The notes below the pieces were generated by a model. The model had not been told where the DNA came from. It made no database searches and worked only from the letters and a program-made list of their open reading frames with translations. Positions 39,624 through 52,506 of a DNA stretch of 64,000 bases are shown here, piece by piece. Position 1 is the stretch's first letter. Every line of letters starts with the position of its first letter. A program made the translations under genes and the position numbers. The stretch comes from Octopus vulgaris (lineage: Eukaryota): positions 248,001-312,000 of the forward strand of contig OX597823.1 of the NCBI GenBank assembly GCA_951406725.2, given 5' to 3'.

Positions 39624-42379
39624 TGACTTAGATAAATATTTAATTTCCAAGCCTTTCTTGGACAGTGAATAACTCATAGTTTCTTCATCTTTAGCAAGTC
39701 AACCCAGAATGACAGAAAGAAAATATGAAGCGAAACCTAAAGGAATAAGTCTCTCTGCCAGTGAACAGTGATTTCCCAGTTTCTATTGTTGTGCTTTTCT
39801 ATTGTGGTGGTGGTGGTGGTAGTACATGAACAGCCTCAAGCAGCCTAGCTAAAGCAGCCAGATTTATGGCCTGTTTGATAACATGCTCACACAAATGATA
39901 ACATGTTGTATAGAGAACCACAAACATTATCCATGTCTATGTAGTGTTTGAATCATGACAGTGTTTGGGGATCAGTATTTATGATCACATTAAAACATAC
40001 ATTCCTAAATCTTATTCCAATCTTTACTCTAACAACCTTTATATTGCAAGACAATTCAAAATCTTAACAGTAATAACAACAACAGCAATATCAATTATGG
40101 CATTTTAATCTACTGTGGAATCAAATTGTAACTTTAATGAAATTCCAACTGTCTAAGAAGATAAAAACTTATAGTAATCTTTCAGCTCATCTCATAATGA
40201 AAACACAGGAAGGAAGAACCTTGGAAAAATTCATCCTAAAAGAGATGGGGGTCGGAAAAGATGGTGAAGAGCTTCTTGATTTTCGGTGCCATCCAAAGTA
40301 CCAAACCAGCTACATTACAAATCCAACAGATTTCTCTGTAAGGTGGTGGTGATAAAATAAAAATCTTAATATAAATTAGGATATAGCTCTTTAACTGCAT
40401 CAGTTAAAAAAAAACAAAAAAAAAAAAACAAAGAAGAAAAACCATTAGCTACAAAAAGATTATTTTTTGTTGTGGACCGAGGGCAGTGAAAGGATTTTGG
40501 CAAACCGAGTCTGCATGCAGACATCTTCCTGTTGAAACTGATTTATTTAAATGCTAACCAATTTTTGAGTTAAGGAGGGAGTTATTCCAGAGTTGCACAA
40601 ATCTGCTAGAAATCACAACCAAATCTCTCAATATGTAATAATCTTTGAAAAAAGGAAGGGAGACATAACTTGCTAAACATTTCTCTCAGTTCACATCCTA
40701 TCATCTCAAAAATGAAAAGAGAGAGAAGGAAATGACACGGGAAACTGGAGAGCCAAGACTGGAATGTCTGTTTCATTACTAGTCTGTTCAATCAGGACTA
40801 AATGACGACCAACTCAGAAGTTTTCAGTTCAGATCCACTTCAGGGATTTTATAGCATTGGGAATAAGTTGAAATTGATCTGGAAATGTGCCTGTCAGTTG
40901 CTACCATCAACAATAAGGGATTCTCCATGTGGTTGAGTAGCTAGAAATAACACATAAATTTCCCTCAAATCACATACCACTGCTTCAAAAAGAAAAAAAA
41001 AATACTGACATTGAATGATGTAATCCTAATCAAACTATTTCTGAACACAGAAGGGGATGGCATAACTGGAAGGTCTGCTCAATTAGGGTTGACCTGGGGC
41101 TAAGCAGCAACAGCAGCAGCAGAATAACTAATAATAACCATTTCAGCTGCAGTGATGCCAGCATTGCCCCCATCTGGTCCCTTACCCTAATAAAGAATTG
41201 CTTTAAAAAGCCGGGTCACCTGCCACTTCTTTTATTGTATTTATAAAACTCAATGCCAAACATTGACAGATATTCATTCTTGGTAACAGTAAATGGAAGA
41301 TGGCAACAGTATGAAAACTAGTGATAATGGTGATGCCAGTAGTAGCCGTGTTTAGAAAATTCTTTAACTCAAAGTAAACAACAAAAGACTCTGTAGATTC
41401 TTGCATGTGGTTTGAGAGCAGGAACTCTTCTGAAAAGAGAGAACCCCCAACCACAGCCATTACCATTCCAAGATTGGATAAGATTTAGATTCAACAGAGA
41501 CAAACTGTTAAGAAATCAGACAGTCATATTCTCTTCCCCCTCAAACACAGTTCCATTTGCCATCAATAACATTCTTAATTTAACCTAATACTATTGTTAA
41601 TTGGAATGAATATCATGAAGCAATGTCAGGTGATGCAAAAAAGCAAGAATTGCAGAAGCAACACCAACTGATGTGCACTTTGTACTGCAGAGAAGCAGAT
41701 GCAAACAAAATACACACATTCAATTTTTTTTATTCTCACATGCTCCCCACCCCCCACGATAGTATCAATTAACACACACACACACACACACAAATGAAAA
41801 GGTGTATACATCCATGTAGAAACAAACACAAATTTATACATACATACAGATATATGCAATCATGCCAAGTTATGCAGTGGTTCATATTCACATGCATACA
41901 CATGCACATGTGTACACATTTATATGCACAAACAGTGAAGTGTGTATATATTTACTTGAATAAGGCACTGATGTGTATATGTACAAATACAAAATTTGCA
42001 GAGAAAATAAAAACAACACAACAAGAGGTAACTAAGACAACACCATACCAACATGTCTACACCAGTCTATCATATTTATATTTAGCAACCACTCAGTAGG
42101 TAAGAAGCCAAGGTTAGCAAAAATATTCTATGATATACACCATATCAACTTTCTTGTACCAGGTAAAAATGGCAGACTGTGAAAATACAAACTAAAAGAG
42201 AAAGCAACTAAAATTTTCTGATAACATTTTCTGAGAAGTAGTAAGTCGATTGCTATTTACACAAGCATATTGCTGATTGAATTTACAAGCAATTAAACCA
42301 AACATTTTGTATATATATATATAGTGCCCTGAATTGTAAAACATGTTTCAGAGCTTTTGGTTGCAAGACAGTGTATAAG

Positions 42380-42908
42380 AGAAAGAATCAAAATGTCATG
42401 GGTGAGATGAGTGAATGGGTGAATGATGGTGCACTTGCACCTAGTGATTCTGGCAAAAAACAAAAAAAAAAAAAGGGGGGAGGCACAAAAGTGCTACTAT
42501 GAAAAACTACTGAATATGAAGAATGCTTGGGAGAAGAATACTTTCTCAATGTGGATCCAACAGAGAGACCAGCTACATGAGTTGAGGACAGAAGCATGAT
42601 GGATAAAGCAATCAAAGATATGAAGACAAAGAAAGCTCCTCGATCATCAGGAATCACTGATGAAATGCTTACAATGTCTGGCAGGGTAGGAACTGGCCTA
42701 ATTACCTGTATGGTCAGTTAGGTTGTACAGGAAGGTATTATACCCAATGACAGGTAGCAAAATTATAGTCACTATTACAAAGGTAATGGAGATACTTTAG
42801 ATAGAAATAATTAGAGAGGTATCCAATTGCTGGATCAGGTCATGAAAGTTACGGGCCCAATTGATTAGGAACATAATTAACCTAGATGAGATGCAGTTTG
42901 GTTTTGCA
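42380..42908 (+). pseudogene. Degraded RTE fragment (N-terminal RT region)
   Basis: MKTKKAPRSSGITDEML...RNN*RGIQLLDQVMKV...LDEMQFGF. Confidence 0.85.
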
Positions 42909-43399
42909 ATTTGATGTGTCAAAATGAAAGAGTGAACATCCTGTCAGTTTGGCTCTCAAAAAACCTCCCAGACTGTAACTGTTTCAATTCCATTGGAGAC
43001 AATGGTCAGTCACAAGATAATACTAAGAGTGATGTTGAAATAACAAAATTATGGAAAAAATCATCAAAACACCTTGAGAAATGCTTTTCAATAAGTAATG
43101 GAGCCTCAAACAGAATTATAGAAACCAAGAGTGGATTTCTTAACATGGTGTTCTAGCTACCAAAATCGCCATTGTGCAATATCAACATCAGCAAACCTCA
43201 ATAAGTGGCAACCTGATCCAGATGATACAAATTAATTAACACAGGAGTTAAAACTTAATGATGTTGTCAACTATCCAGCAGGGTATGTGTTTTAGTGTGT
43301 ATGCATGTGTGTGTGTATATACACACACACATGTATATAGGTATGTGTGTATGTACACACACACACAAAATAGTTATATTATCTCTTCTTATGGCTGGG

Positions 43400-43975
43400 T
43401 TCCAACCAGGGTCACAGCAACAAAGCCCACCCACCACACTTTTCTGACTTGAGATGCATTTTCCAGGTCAGAGTCTGGGATCAAGTTGCTGATATAAGTG
43501 TGATTATATTTTCTGCTTGCTGCATCACCATGAAGTGGGGTCCAAAAGACGAATTTAGTTGCTTCCAGTCCAGAGTGGTACACGCAGTGACCATATAGTT
43601 GCAGCCACTTTCGCCTGATCTTCTTGCAAACTTTCGGCAGGTGTCCTTAAAGGAAATTGCTTGTCATATGCCATTTCACATTTAGGGCCATTTCTGGCAT
43701 CCTTGTGTAGCCACCATCAAAAGCCTGTTTGATAATTTCTTTGTCAGTTGTTACGGTTATCTCTACAGGTTTTCTATAGAAAATATTGACTTAAACAGTT
43801 AAAAGCAAACAGCTCAGCATCACATGTATTCAGTTTTCTTGACATTTCTATGCAGTCCAAGTTTATCAGTTGATGTTTCTACTCTGCTGAGCAGCTGTTG
43901 AGCTTGAGAAACTTCATCAGATACAAGTGCTGTATCATCTGCAAAGTCCAGGCCTGTGATGGTTACTGCTGATAC
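43400..43975 (-). pseudogene. Degraded RT of a different RTE/RTE-X-like family
   Basis: Minus-strand ITGLDFADDTALVSDEVSQAQQLLSRVE...KLGLHRNVKKTEYM, then DGGYTRM..ALNVKW and LQLYGHC. Confidence 0.75.
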
Positions 43976-44590
43976 TTTCTACATTGCAGAATCCAATACA
44001 TCTACCACCTCTCTTGACCTGGCATACTTTGGTTCTGATTCTGTTGGGAATACACTAGAAACAAGTGTTGTGGCTTAATTGAAAAGTTATAACAATGTCC
44101 AAGTTTTCATTCTAGTATGCACTGAAGTTTCGAATTAATTTTAAATGAAGAGTTTAGGATTTACTAATTTTGATAACAACAACTATTATATAACATTATT
44201 CTTGACTATAAGTAGCTTCCACTTTGATTAGATAACACAAGAGACTTTCTGGTATCTAGAAAAACATCAATGTGTGCCCTACTTTTCTCAGATTTCAATA
44301 CATGTGAAAGGAGCACAGATAAATCCTTAGAAGTTAATGCTATAAGAGACATTAATGAAGATGGCTTGATTTAAATCTTTTCTTTTTTTAAAGAATGTTT
44401 GAAGATTGTTTGAACATTGGATGTATCAACTTTTATTATTATTCTGCTGAGGTCGACTTTGTCTTTTGTCCTTTCAGGGTCAATAAATTAAGTACCAGTG
44501 AAACATTGGGGTCAGTGAACTCAACAAGTCCCCTCCACAAGAATTTCAGACCTTGTCACTTTAGTAGAAAGGATTACTATTATTATTATT

Positions 44591-45144
44591 GAGTGAGAGA
44601 GCAGTTCATGCCATCAAAGTGACACTGGGGTAAAATATACGAAGCCCAATATACCCATCATGACTACCCGTCTGATAAAGGTACACCAGGCACATGCATC
44701 ACAACCATATATGCGCGACATGGTGATCTCATATCAAGATAAACAGCACATGACCTTGCAGGTGGGGTCCAGTTAGAATTTTCTTCAGGTTGAGTAGCCC
44801 ATCCCGCTCAAACGGTCCCTGAATAAGGGTTGTTTAAGGATGTTGAAAGAACCACCCATGTTTCCAGAGGTGAATTATTCAAACCCCAAAGAATCCCCCT
44901 CAACACATGGCTATGATGCTCCCCCATTACTTCTGCTCGTGATCAGAGATGCACATATCGTCAGCCACTAAGGGACATGCTCAACTGGTTAAGGTCAAAC
45001 AACTGACAAGCAAATCTGTGGTATTGAGCAGAATATTTGCTGTAGCCCATCTTTTATACCAAGACAAAACAATGTACATGATAACACTTCCAATCAGTTA
45101 AGATCAGAAGCCATGAGAGCCACTGCCTGGTACTGCATCAGGGC
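44591..45144 (-). mobile_element. 554-bp non-coding insertion in a (TAT)n tract, possibly an R4/Dong-mobilised retroposon
   Basis: Sharp boundaries with (TAT)n on both sides, higher GC than flanks, minus-strand end ctctctcactc(aat)n; no ORF or TIR. Family and strand are inferred. Confidence 0.5.
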
Positions 45145-45383
45145 TATTATTATTATTATTATTAAGGCAGTGAGGTAGCAGAATCATTAGCACACCAAGC
45201 AAAATACTTAGCAGCATTTTGTCCATCTCTACGTCTGAGTTCAAATTCTACCAAGGCTGACTTTGCTTTCATCCTTTAGGGATCAATGAATTAAGTACCA
45301 GTTGAATACTGGGGTTGATGTAATCAACTTAACCTCTCCCTCAAAATTTCAGACATTGTGCTTATAGTAGAAATGATTCTCAA

Positions 45384-46272
45384 TACTTCCGCCTTAGTGA
45401 AGGCAGCGGTATTGTTTACAGTCATGTTTGTTTGTCCATGGACAAGATATCTCAAGAACTGCTGGATGGATTCAGATGAAACTTTCAGAGATGTTTGGCC
45501 TTGTGACTGGCAGGAACTGATTAGATTTGGGCATCGGTTTGGTACAGGACAAGGATTCTGTTACAGCCTCTGATTATCTCCCTTGAAAGCATGCTCATGC
45601 TTTCTATGTAAATCAGGGGGCATTGCTGTTTCCAAAGTTTTATTTCTGTTTCTCTATTATTAATTTTACTCACGTTTCTATCTTAGTAGAAACTGATGGA
45701 TAAAGAAATCAAACTACATAAACAAACGACAGCAAAACCATTCGCAGACTAAATAACACTAACATATTTTTATAATATACATACATATTAACACTTTACA
45801 GTATACTTACATATATACATACATCTATACATTGATCTAAAACAACAAGAATACTAAAGGAAGATTGGAATTTAATAGAAGAGAAAACCAAAAGGTCTCA
45901 CGCTATTCATTTAAAAATTCCTGAGTACAACTTATTACTTCCACCTTTGAAACTATTTTGAATGGTGAATTTGTTAACTTTGGCTGGTATTAGATAAAGA
46001 TAAACTATTTATTACTGTTACTAAACTTTCTACAGCCACTTTCACATTCCATTGGGATCGATCAGGTACCGGACAAGGATTCTGGATTATTTTTCCGGTT
46101 CTTTTCCTTAATTTTTGACAGTGGTTGGGTTCATTTTTAGTATTCTCGTTTGTGAGAACAGTCGAGTTTATTTCAGATATTCTCATTTTAAAAATCCTCT
46201 CTGGCTAATTGTTGAGAGGATGTTGGTGTTGTCTTGGTGGAGGCTTGTGCTCTCTGGGCGCTCTTGCTATTT
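45384..46272 (+). mobile_element. Helentron-associated (HINE-like) element with ~490-bp internal insert
   Basis: 5' acttccgcc plus gtttgtttgtcc tract; 3' ttggtggagg followed by hairpin gtgctc-tct-gggcgc, the subterminal-IR plus stem-loop layout of HINE/DINE-1-type elements. Confidence 0.65.
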
Positions 46273-46389
46273 ATATTTTCATTTTATGTCTGTAGAATTT
46301 TGGAGTACTACACAATGTCAAGGAAATTACAAATATGATTTATACTGATGAGATGTGAAGAACTTGGTTTGTTTCTATTTACTTGGTTA

Positions 46390-46810
46390 AGAAATCTCAT
46401 GATTTCAGTTTTGGTCCTGATTCCTCCTGTACAGTTGGCAGCAAAACATCTCCAATAATCCCAGCTTTGAGTATAGTAGTCAGCAGTATCTTGCAAGATG
46501 ATGCTAAGTTGCTTCATGCTTGCCTTCTTGGGTCTCCCTCACTTTCTTCATCCTTCTGCTGGTACCCATTGTATAGTTGTCTTGTGTATTCCTTCTTCTG
46601 ACAGTTAAAAAACACCACCTGCAAATCTCATTCTTCTTTGAGCAACAATCTCCAGCAGGTGGCACTGACTGGCTCTTCTCGGGACTTTTGAGTTTGTGAC
46701 TCTGGATCTGTGGGTGATGTTGAGTATTCTGCATAGGCACCATTTGTGGGATGCTTTCATCCTGTGAATGGTTTTGGCAGCCACTTTCCAAGTGCCTTCT
46801 GTATAGACTG
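46390..46810 (-). pseudogene. 3' fragment of a third RTE-like family
   Basis: WCLCRILNITHRSRVTNSKV...RRMRFAG and GRPKK remnants. Confidence 0.65.
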
Positions 46811-47014
46811 CTGTTGGCAAAGTGATAAATTAATGGAAAACTAATTTAAAGATCATTTTGCAGTGGAAATTGATAACTACTGAATAAGAAATATGTACAT
46901 TGAAGGTTATTACATATTTTTGATGTCCCTTCTAGACAATGACAACCCAACTCAACATCAGCAATACAACTTCCTCTTGCTTTTATCTTTCTCTTTCTTT
47001 CTGTGTGCATGTGT

Positions 47015-47291
47015 GAAGGCCCCTTCAGTCATGGATGATCACGGGATTGCACCTAGAAAGTTCTCCTCAGAGGCACAAGTTCAGGCAAGGTTGTTTATGG
47101 AAGACCAGCAGTCGTCCATGCATACCAGCCACCCCCTCTCCACCAGTGATGTTGCAACTCATTTTTACAGCTGAGTAAAGTGGAGCAATGTGAAATAGTG
47201 TCTTGCTCAAGAACACAATCCACAGTCCAGAATCGAACTCACTACATCATTATTGTGAACCAGATGCTCTAATCACTGAGCCACATGCCTT
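47015..47291 (-). mobile_element. Third SINE family (V-domain-like); diverged relative at ~36950-37170(+)
   Basis: Minus strand: ggcatgtggctcagtgattagagc...gagttcgattc...ttcttgagcaagacact...ctcagctgtaaaaatgagt. Confidence 0.65.
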
Positions 47292-48273
47292 CACATGTGT
47301 GTGTGTGTATAGACAGACAGACAGATGGATAGATAGATATGCTAGCCTATTGATATACACCCATCTTAAAAAAAAAAAAAAACAGAAATAAAAATCTCAT
47401 CATCTTTATCCTCATTTTCTCTTGCTAAAGCATTGTGAAGCCCCACGACAATCTTCTAAATGTATTCAGGGTTCCCCTTTTGAAGGAATGATTTACTGCC
47501 AGGTATTCATTCTGATGCTAACTCTTTTAGTCCCATTTTGATATAGTTTTGTGAGAATCAAAAATAAAGTCAGTTTTTAACTAGGAAGCATCAACATAGC
47601 ATGATGGATGAAGTACTGGATGCCAGGTGATAAACGTAACAGTGAACAGCTAAGCCAAGTAGCACAGTGTTAAAGCAGCAGGCAAGTCTCACCTCTTACT
47701 ATTTACAACACATACATACGTGCCTAACAACAATCTTAAAGTGGGGGAAGTTCTTTTTTTATTGTTTATTGGCTTTTAGTGCCCACTTTTCTATGCTTGC
47801 ATGAGTCAGATGGAATTCATTGAGGTGGATACCCTTCTTGTTGCCAACCTTCACCTATTTCCAAGCAAAATATTTTCCCACATTTTCACAGAACACTGGA
47901 AAAAATGACTCAACTTGTATGATGGTCACACTTGTCTATAATGACTGTACCTTCATGACATCAAGACAAGGAGACACACACACACACACATGTGGGCATG
48001 CAAACAGAGCATGAATTTTCTGCTATAGTTCTGGGCAGACCAAATCCATTTACAAAGCTTTGGTCTGCCTGAAGTGATAATAGAAGTCACTTGCCCAAGT
48101 GCCCCAGAACTGGACTGAATACAAAACCACTTTCAATATGGGAAGTTAAATGATACATTTTTCTTTAATGAATACAGAAAAGAGTAAGTTGGCAATAAGG
48201 GCACCATATTATACAGCAAAGCATCTGTTTTTCTATCCTCATACAACTTAGGAAGATGGCAGAATTGGAACAG

Positions 48274-48307
<34 letters not shown>

Positions 48308-48647
48308 TTGTGTGTATGTTGAATGCAGGTAGTTAAGACTGTAAGATATTTGAAAAACTTATATGGTTACCTATACGTTGCACTCAAAAAAGATCTATTA
48401 ATGCCTGTTTGCTGCTGCTTTAAAATTCCCCAAATTCAAGCCCTAACAGAATTGCATGGCTCAGACTAGGAAGGTTGTTATTTATTTATTAAAAAACATC
48501 CCGATATTGCAGTGTCACATCTCGAGTTTTCTAGGATAATTCAAAAGTCATAAAACAACCAGAAGCTATGTAACCATCAGCTGAGAGGAATATCAACTCA
48601 AGTCACCTGCCTGGCTCTATTGTTATCTCTTGACCGACAAAAACATA

Positions 48648-49913
48648 AAAGGGGATACCCAAAAGTAACTGGAAATATACTTTGCGGGACAAGTCTATAG
48701 TAGTTCAGGCTTCTGCCAGTGGAAGCCACTTGATGCAACCCCTAGGCATCTTTGTTTCGCAGTGCTTCTCCCTTATTTGCCAAAATTTTGCAATGGCTAA
48801 AATGAAAGAACAGTGTGCTTCCATGAAATTCTGTTGGGGAAAATGATCAAAACAGTTGTCATGCTCCAAACAGCTTACAAGGGCACAGCCATGAGCAAAA
48901 TACAAGTTTATGAGCGGTTTTCATGCTTCAGGAATGATCCCTTGTCGCCTGAAGACCAACTTTGCTCAGAGTAACTGTTGATCTCCTGAACGAATGAAAA
49001 CTTTGTGTAAATTTGTGAACTAATCTTGGAGGACCATCACCAAACAACTGACAAACTTGTTGATACGACTGGTGTCTCCTGGAACTCCTGCCAATGAATT
49101 TTGAGTGAGAAATTGCAAATGTAAAGAGTTGCAGCAAAATTTGTGCCTTGCTTGCTCATGGAAGATCAAAAGCAGTCATGACTGAATGCATGTTGTGAAC
49201 TGAAAGAACAAATGGGAGTTGATCTGGACCTTTTCCAAAAGTCATCACTAGTAATGAAAGCTGGTGCTACAGCTTTGACCCAGAAACAAAACAGCAATCA
49301 AGTCAATGGAAACATTCAATGTCACCCCACCCCAAAAGAGCACATCAAGTGAAGTCCAATGTCAAGTCACTGCTGGTTTGTTTCATCGATGAGAAAGGAA
49401 TTGTCCACACAAACTTTGTTCCTCCTGGGTCAAACTGTTAAGCAGACATTTTACTTGGCAGTTCTGAAGCATTTGCAAGACACGGTGAGACGAAGACGTC
49501 CCGACCTGTGGTAAAGTGGAGAGTGGCAGTTTCATCCTGACAATGCCCCTGAGCACACTGCCTCGAGTGGGAGACAAGTTTTTGACCAAAATTGGTAGGA
49601 CCCCACTTACCCACCCTCCATATTCACCCAATCTTGCTCCCTGCAGCTCTTTTTTTGTTTTGTACCCCTGAATGAAAAAAGTCCTTAAAGGAAAACGTCT
49701 TGCAGATGTGGAGGAGATGAAGAAAAAAACAACAGAGGAATTAAAAGACATCACTTCGTAAGAGTTCCGGGACTGCTTCAAAGAGGGAAAAATGCATCTG
49801 GACTCTGATGCATTGCTTCAAATGGCGAATACTTTGAAGGAAATAAAAATATAAACATGTAAAGAGAATAAAATAATACTGCAAAATAATGGTTTCGTTT
49901 GGGTAGCCCCTTG
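48648..49913 (+). mobile_element. Full-length but decayed Tc1/mariner transposon (~1.27 kb)
   Basis: Imperfect TIRs TA|aaaggggatacccaaaagtaac ... gtttcgtttgggtagccccttg|TA. Transposase remnants KFVPCLL, VITSNESWCYSFDPETKQQSSQW, FHPDNAPEH, HPPYSPNLAPCS; catalytic residues and frame broken. Confidence 0.92.
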
Positions 49914-50944
49914 TAGACTCAGAAAAAAGAAATATTGTTTACACATCATGAATTCTGTATGCTAGGATGCCTGCAACTATGTCAATGTTGATAAACAGAC
50001 AACCATATAACATTCTATGAACACAATGTTTGCACAAAACTAGAAAACAAAATGCCACTTCTCTTTTCCAAATATAAACCCACTGTAACAATATCCTCTG
50101 AAGTTCTTGATAATATCTCAATCCAGTTAACACCATTTTAATTAAACTTCGGTGAAAACACCTCCAGAGTGAGAATGTTGTGAAAGGAGTTGAAGGTTAG
50201 TAAAGAATATATTCATACGAACGGATCACACTTTTGAGATGAGGGAGCAGTCAATATTATGAAACCCAGTATGTGAGTAGTTAAATAGTGCACTTCACAA
50301 TTATAAGGCTCAGGGTTCAATCCTATAGCATGGCAAGTGTCTTTAATCATAGCACTGGGTCAAGTCTAGTTTTGTGAGTGCAACCAGGTGAGAGAGAAAC
50401 TGAACTGAAGCTTTTCTAATGAAGTATGACAGTAATTGAAAGGGCCAGCCTGGCTGCACACTGGTACTGCATGCGGATTACATTAAAAGTTATGAGTTTG
50501 TGAAGCACACAGCCAGTTCAGCTGTAATCCAATTACTAGGCAGTTCCATTGATCAATCAACTGGAAAGGTCATTACTGAGCGTGATGGGGCATCTATATT
50601 TACCATGTATGGTTTTATATGAATAACAAATGAGTTTATAAGTATTCTACATATAAAAGTAGATATTCACATGTGTGAAGGTGGGTTATATATACACCTA
50701 CAAAGGTTGAATTCACTTCATATAAAACTGAACCCTAAATTCCAGTGCACATGTACCAAGTCTTGTCTTGATTATTTCTGCCCAAAATGTTATGGCAATG
50801 GCTAGCATAAGGAAGGGCATTCATCCTTAGAAACCATGCCCAATATGACATTGGAGCACAATGTAGTCCTTTGATTAATCAGTTCCTTGTCCAACTGTCC
50901 AACCCATGCAAGCATGGAACATGGACATCAAATGATGATGATGA

Positions 50945-51292
50945 GTGTGCAAAAGATGCTAGTATCAAGTTCACAAGTCATCCAAGACTGGAGTTCAGAG
51001 CCATTTGCCCTCCACAAAAATCAAGATCAGATCTCATAACAACATCACGGCACAACATTTTTACTTCAGTTGACCCTGCTTTGTTTAACATTATTCCAAA
51101 AGACCCCAAAACATGGTACCTGGACCAATTCCTCCAAGAAATACCAGACAAATCAACACCTGGATTTACCTCAGCAAACAACAGCTTCCTTCACAAAAAG
51201 ACTGTGATGGCCCAAAACATGACTTAAAGATTACACAGGGGTTGCCATTAAGTTAGACATGCTTTAGACTGATAAGGGTTAAAACCTAAGTT
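50945..51292 (+). mobile_element. Older relative of the CR1 family at 22275
   Basis: SIKFTSHPRLEFRAI...HNIFTSVDPALFNIIP...DQFLQEIPDK, shared UTR attaagttagacatg and ctaagtt end. Confidence 0.8.
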
Positions 51293-52002
51293 ATGTATGT
51301 ATACATGTAGATATGTATATGAGTGTGCATATATGTGTGTGTGTGTGTGATTGTAGCATGTGTGTGTGTGTGTTCATACATACACACACATACATCCACA
51401 CCCACACAGCCCTCCCAAAGCAGACATTAAAGCATCAGATGTAGTCCTTGGATTTGTCAAGTTCTGTCAAACAGGCCAAGCTGGACATTAAATGATGAAT
51501 AATAATTACACACACACACACACTGTATTCAATGGAATATTAGATGCATACCCTATTTCAGCAGTGCATATTAAGGGAAAAAACAAAATGAGTATCAGGG
51601 ACAAAATTAGCTGATGGGAGGCCCAACTTAACATACGGGAGCTGAGATGATGTTTGAGATATTTTTTGGAAAAAAAGAAAAGTGTCACTTTTATACTTTC
51701 AAATATGGTGTGTGTGTGCGTGAGTGTGTGTCATCATCTTATGTGAATACACACCCACAAACAATTTTATGTGTGTGTGTGTGTGCTCGTGTATGTATGT
51801 GTGAAATATGCATGTGTATAGAGTTGGAAATTATGTCTACACAGATAGGCAGAATGTGTCGAGAGGGTAGAATAATATATTTATATACAAATAACGTTAA
51901 ACCATAAAAAACCTCAACGAAAATCACATGAAGAGAGAGAGAGAAAGAGGAAAAAAGAGAAAGAGAGAAGAGAAAAGATGAGTAAATGTGAGTATGAGTC
52001 AC

Positions 52003-52092
52003 CTGTCTTGTGTGTGTTCCCAACAAGTCAGTAGTGGCTGGAATATAATCCGAGGAAGACAGGTTCGCAACATTGACACTACCTGGTTGTGT
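52003..52092 (-). CDS. Candidate 90-nt cassette or alternative first exon
   Basis: Acceptor tttcccaacttcatag| and weak donor AG|gtgact. Open in phase 2-2 (HNQVVSMLRTCLPRIIFQPLLTCWEHTQD), so it fits between the two better exons; in-frame ATG at 52073. Confidence 0.27.
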
Positions 52093-52471
52093 CTATGAAG
52101 TTGGGAAACTTATGGTGAAGAGACCGAGCTAGACTTGCTTCAGTACATCTCTCTACAGAGGTTTATCTTTATTGGTGGTGGTGGTGGTGGTTGTGAAGAT
52201 AGCAGCTATAGTGGTGTTTAGTAGATCTGATTTGAATAATGTGTTCATTAGGAGAGCAATCTCTCTCTCTCCCTCTCAGTGGTAATACCTCACTTTCCAT
52301 ACCTCTCTCTCCCTCTTCCTCTCTCACTCTCCCTTTCCCTCTCTCTCTCTCGGTGGTAACACTTCACTTTCTCTCTCTCTCTCTCTCTTTTGCAAACACC
52401 TGCTGAGAACATTTGGTCTATCTTTAATTTTTTCTTTCACTCACTCTCTTTATTTCTCCACTCTTTTCTTA

Positions 52472-52506
<35 letters not shown>

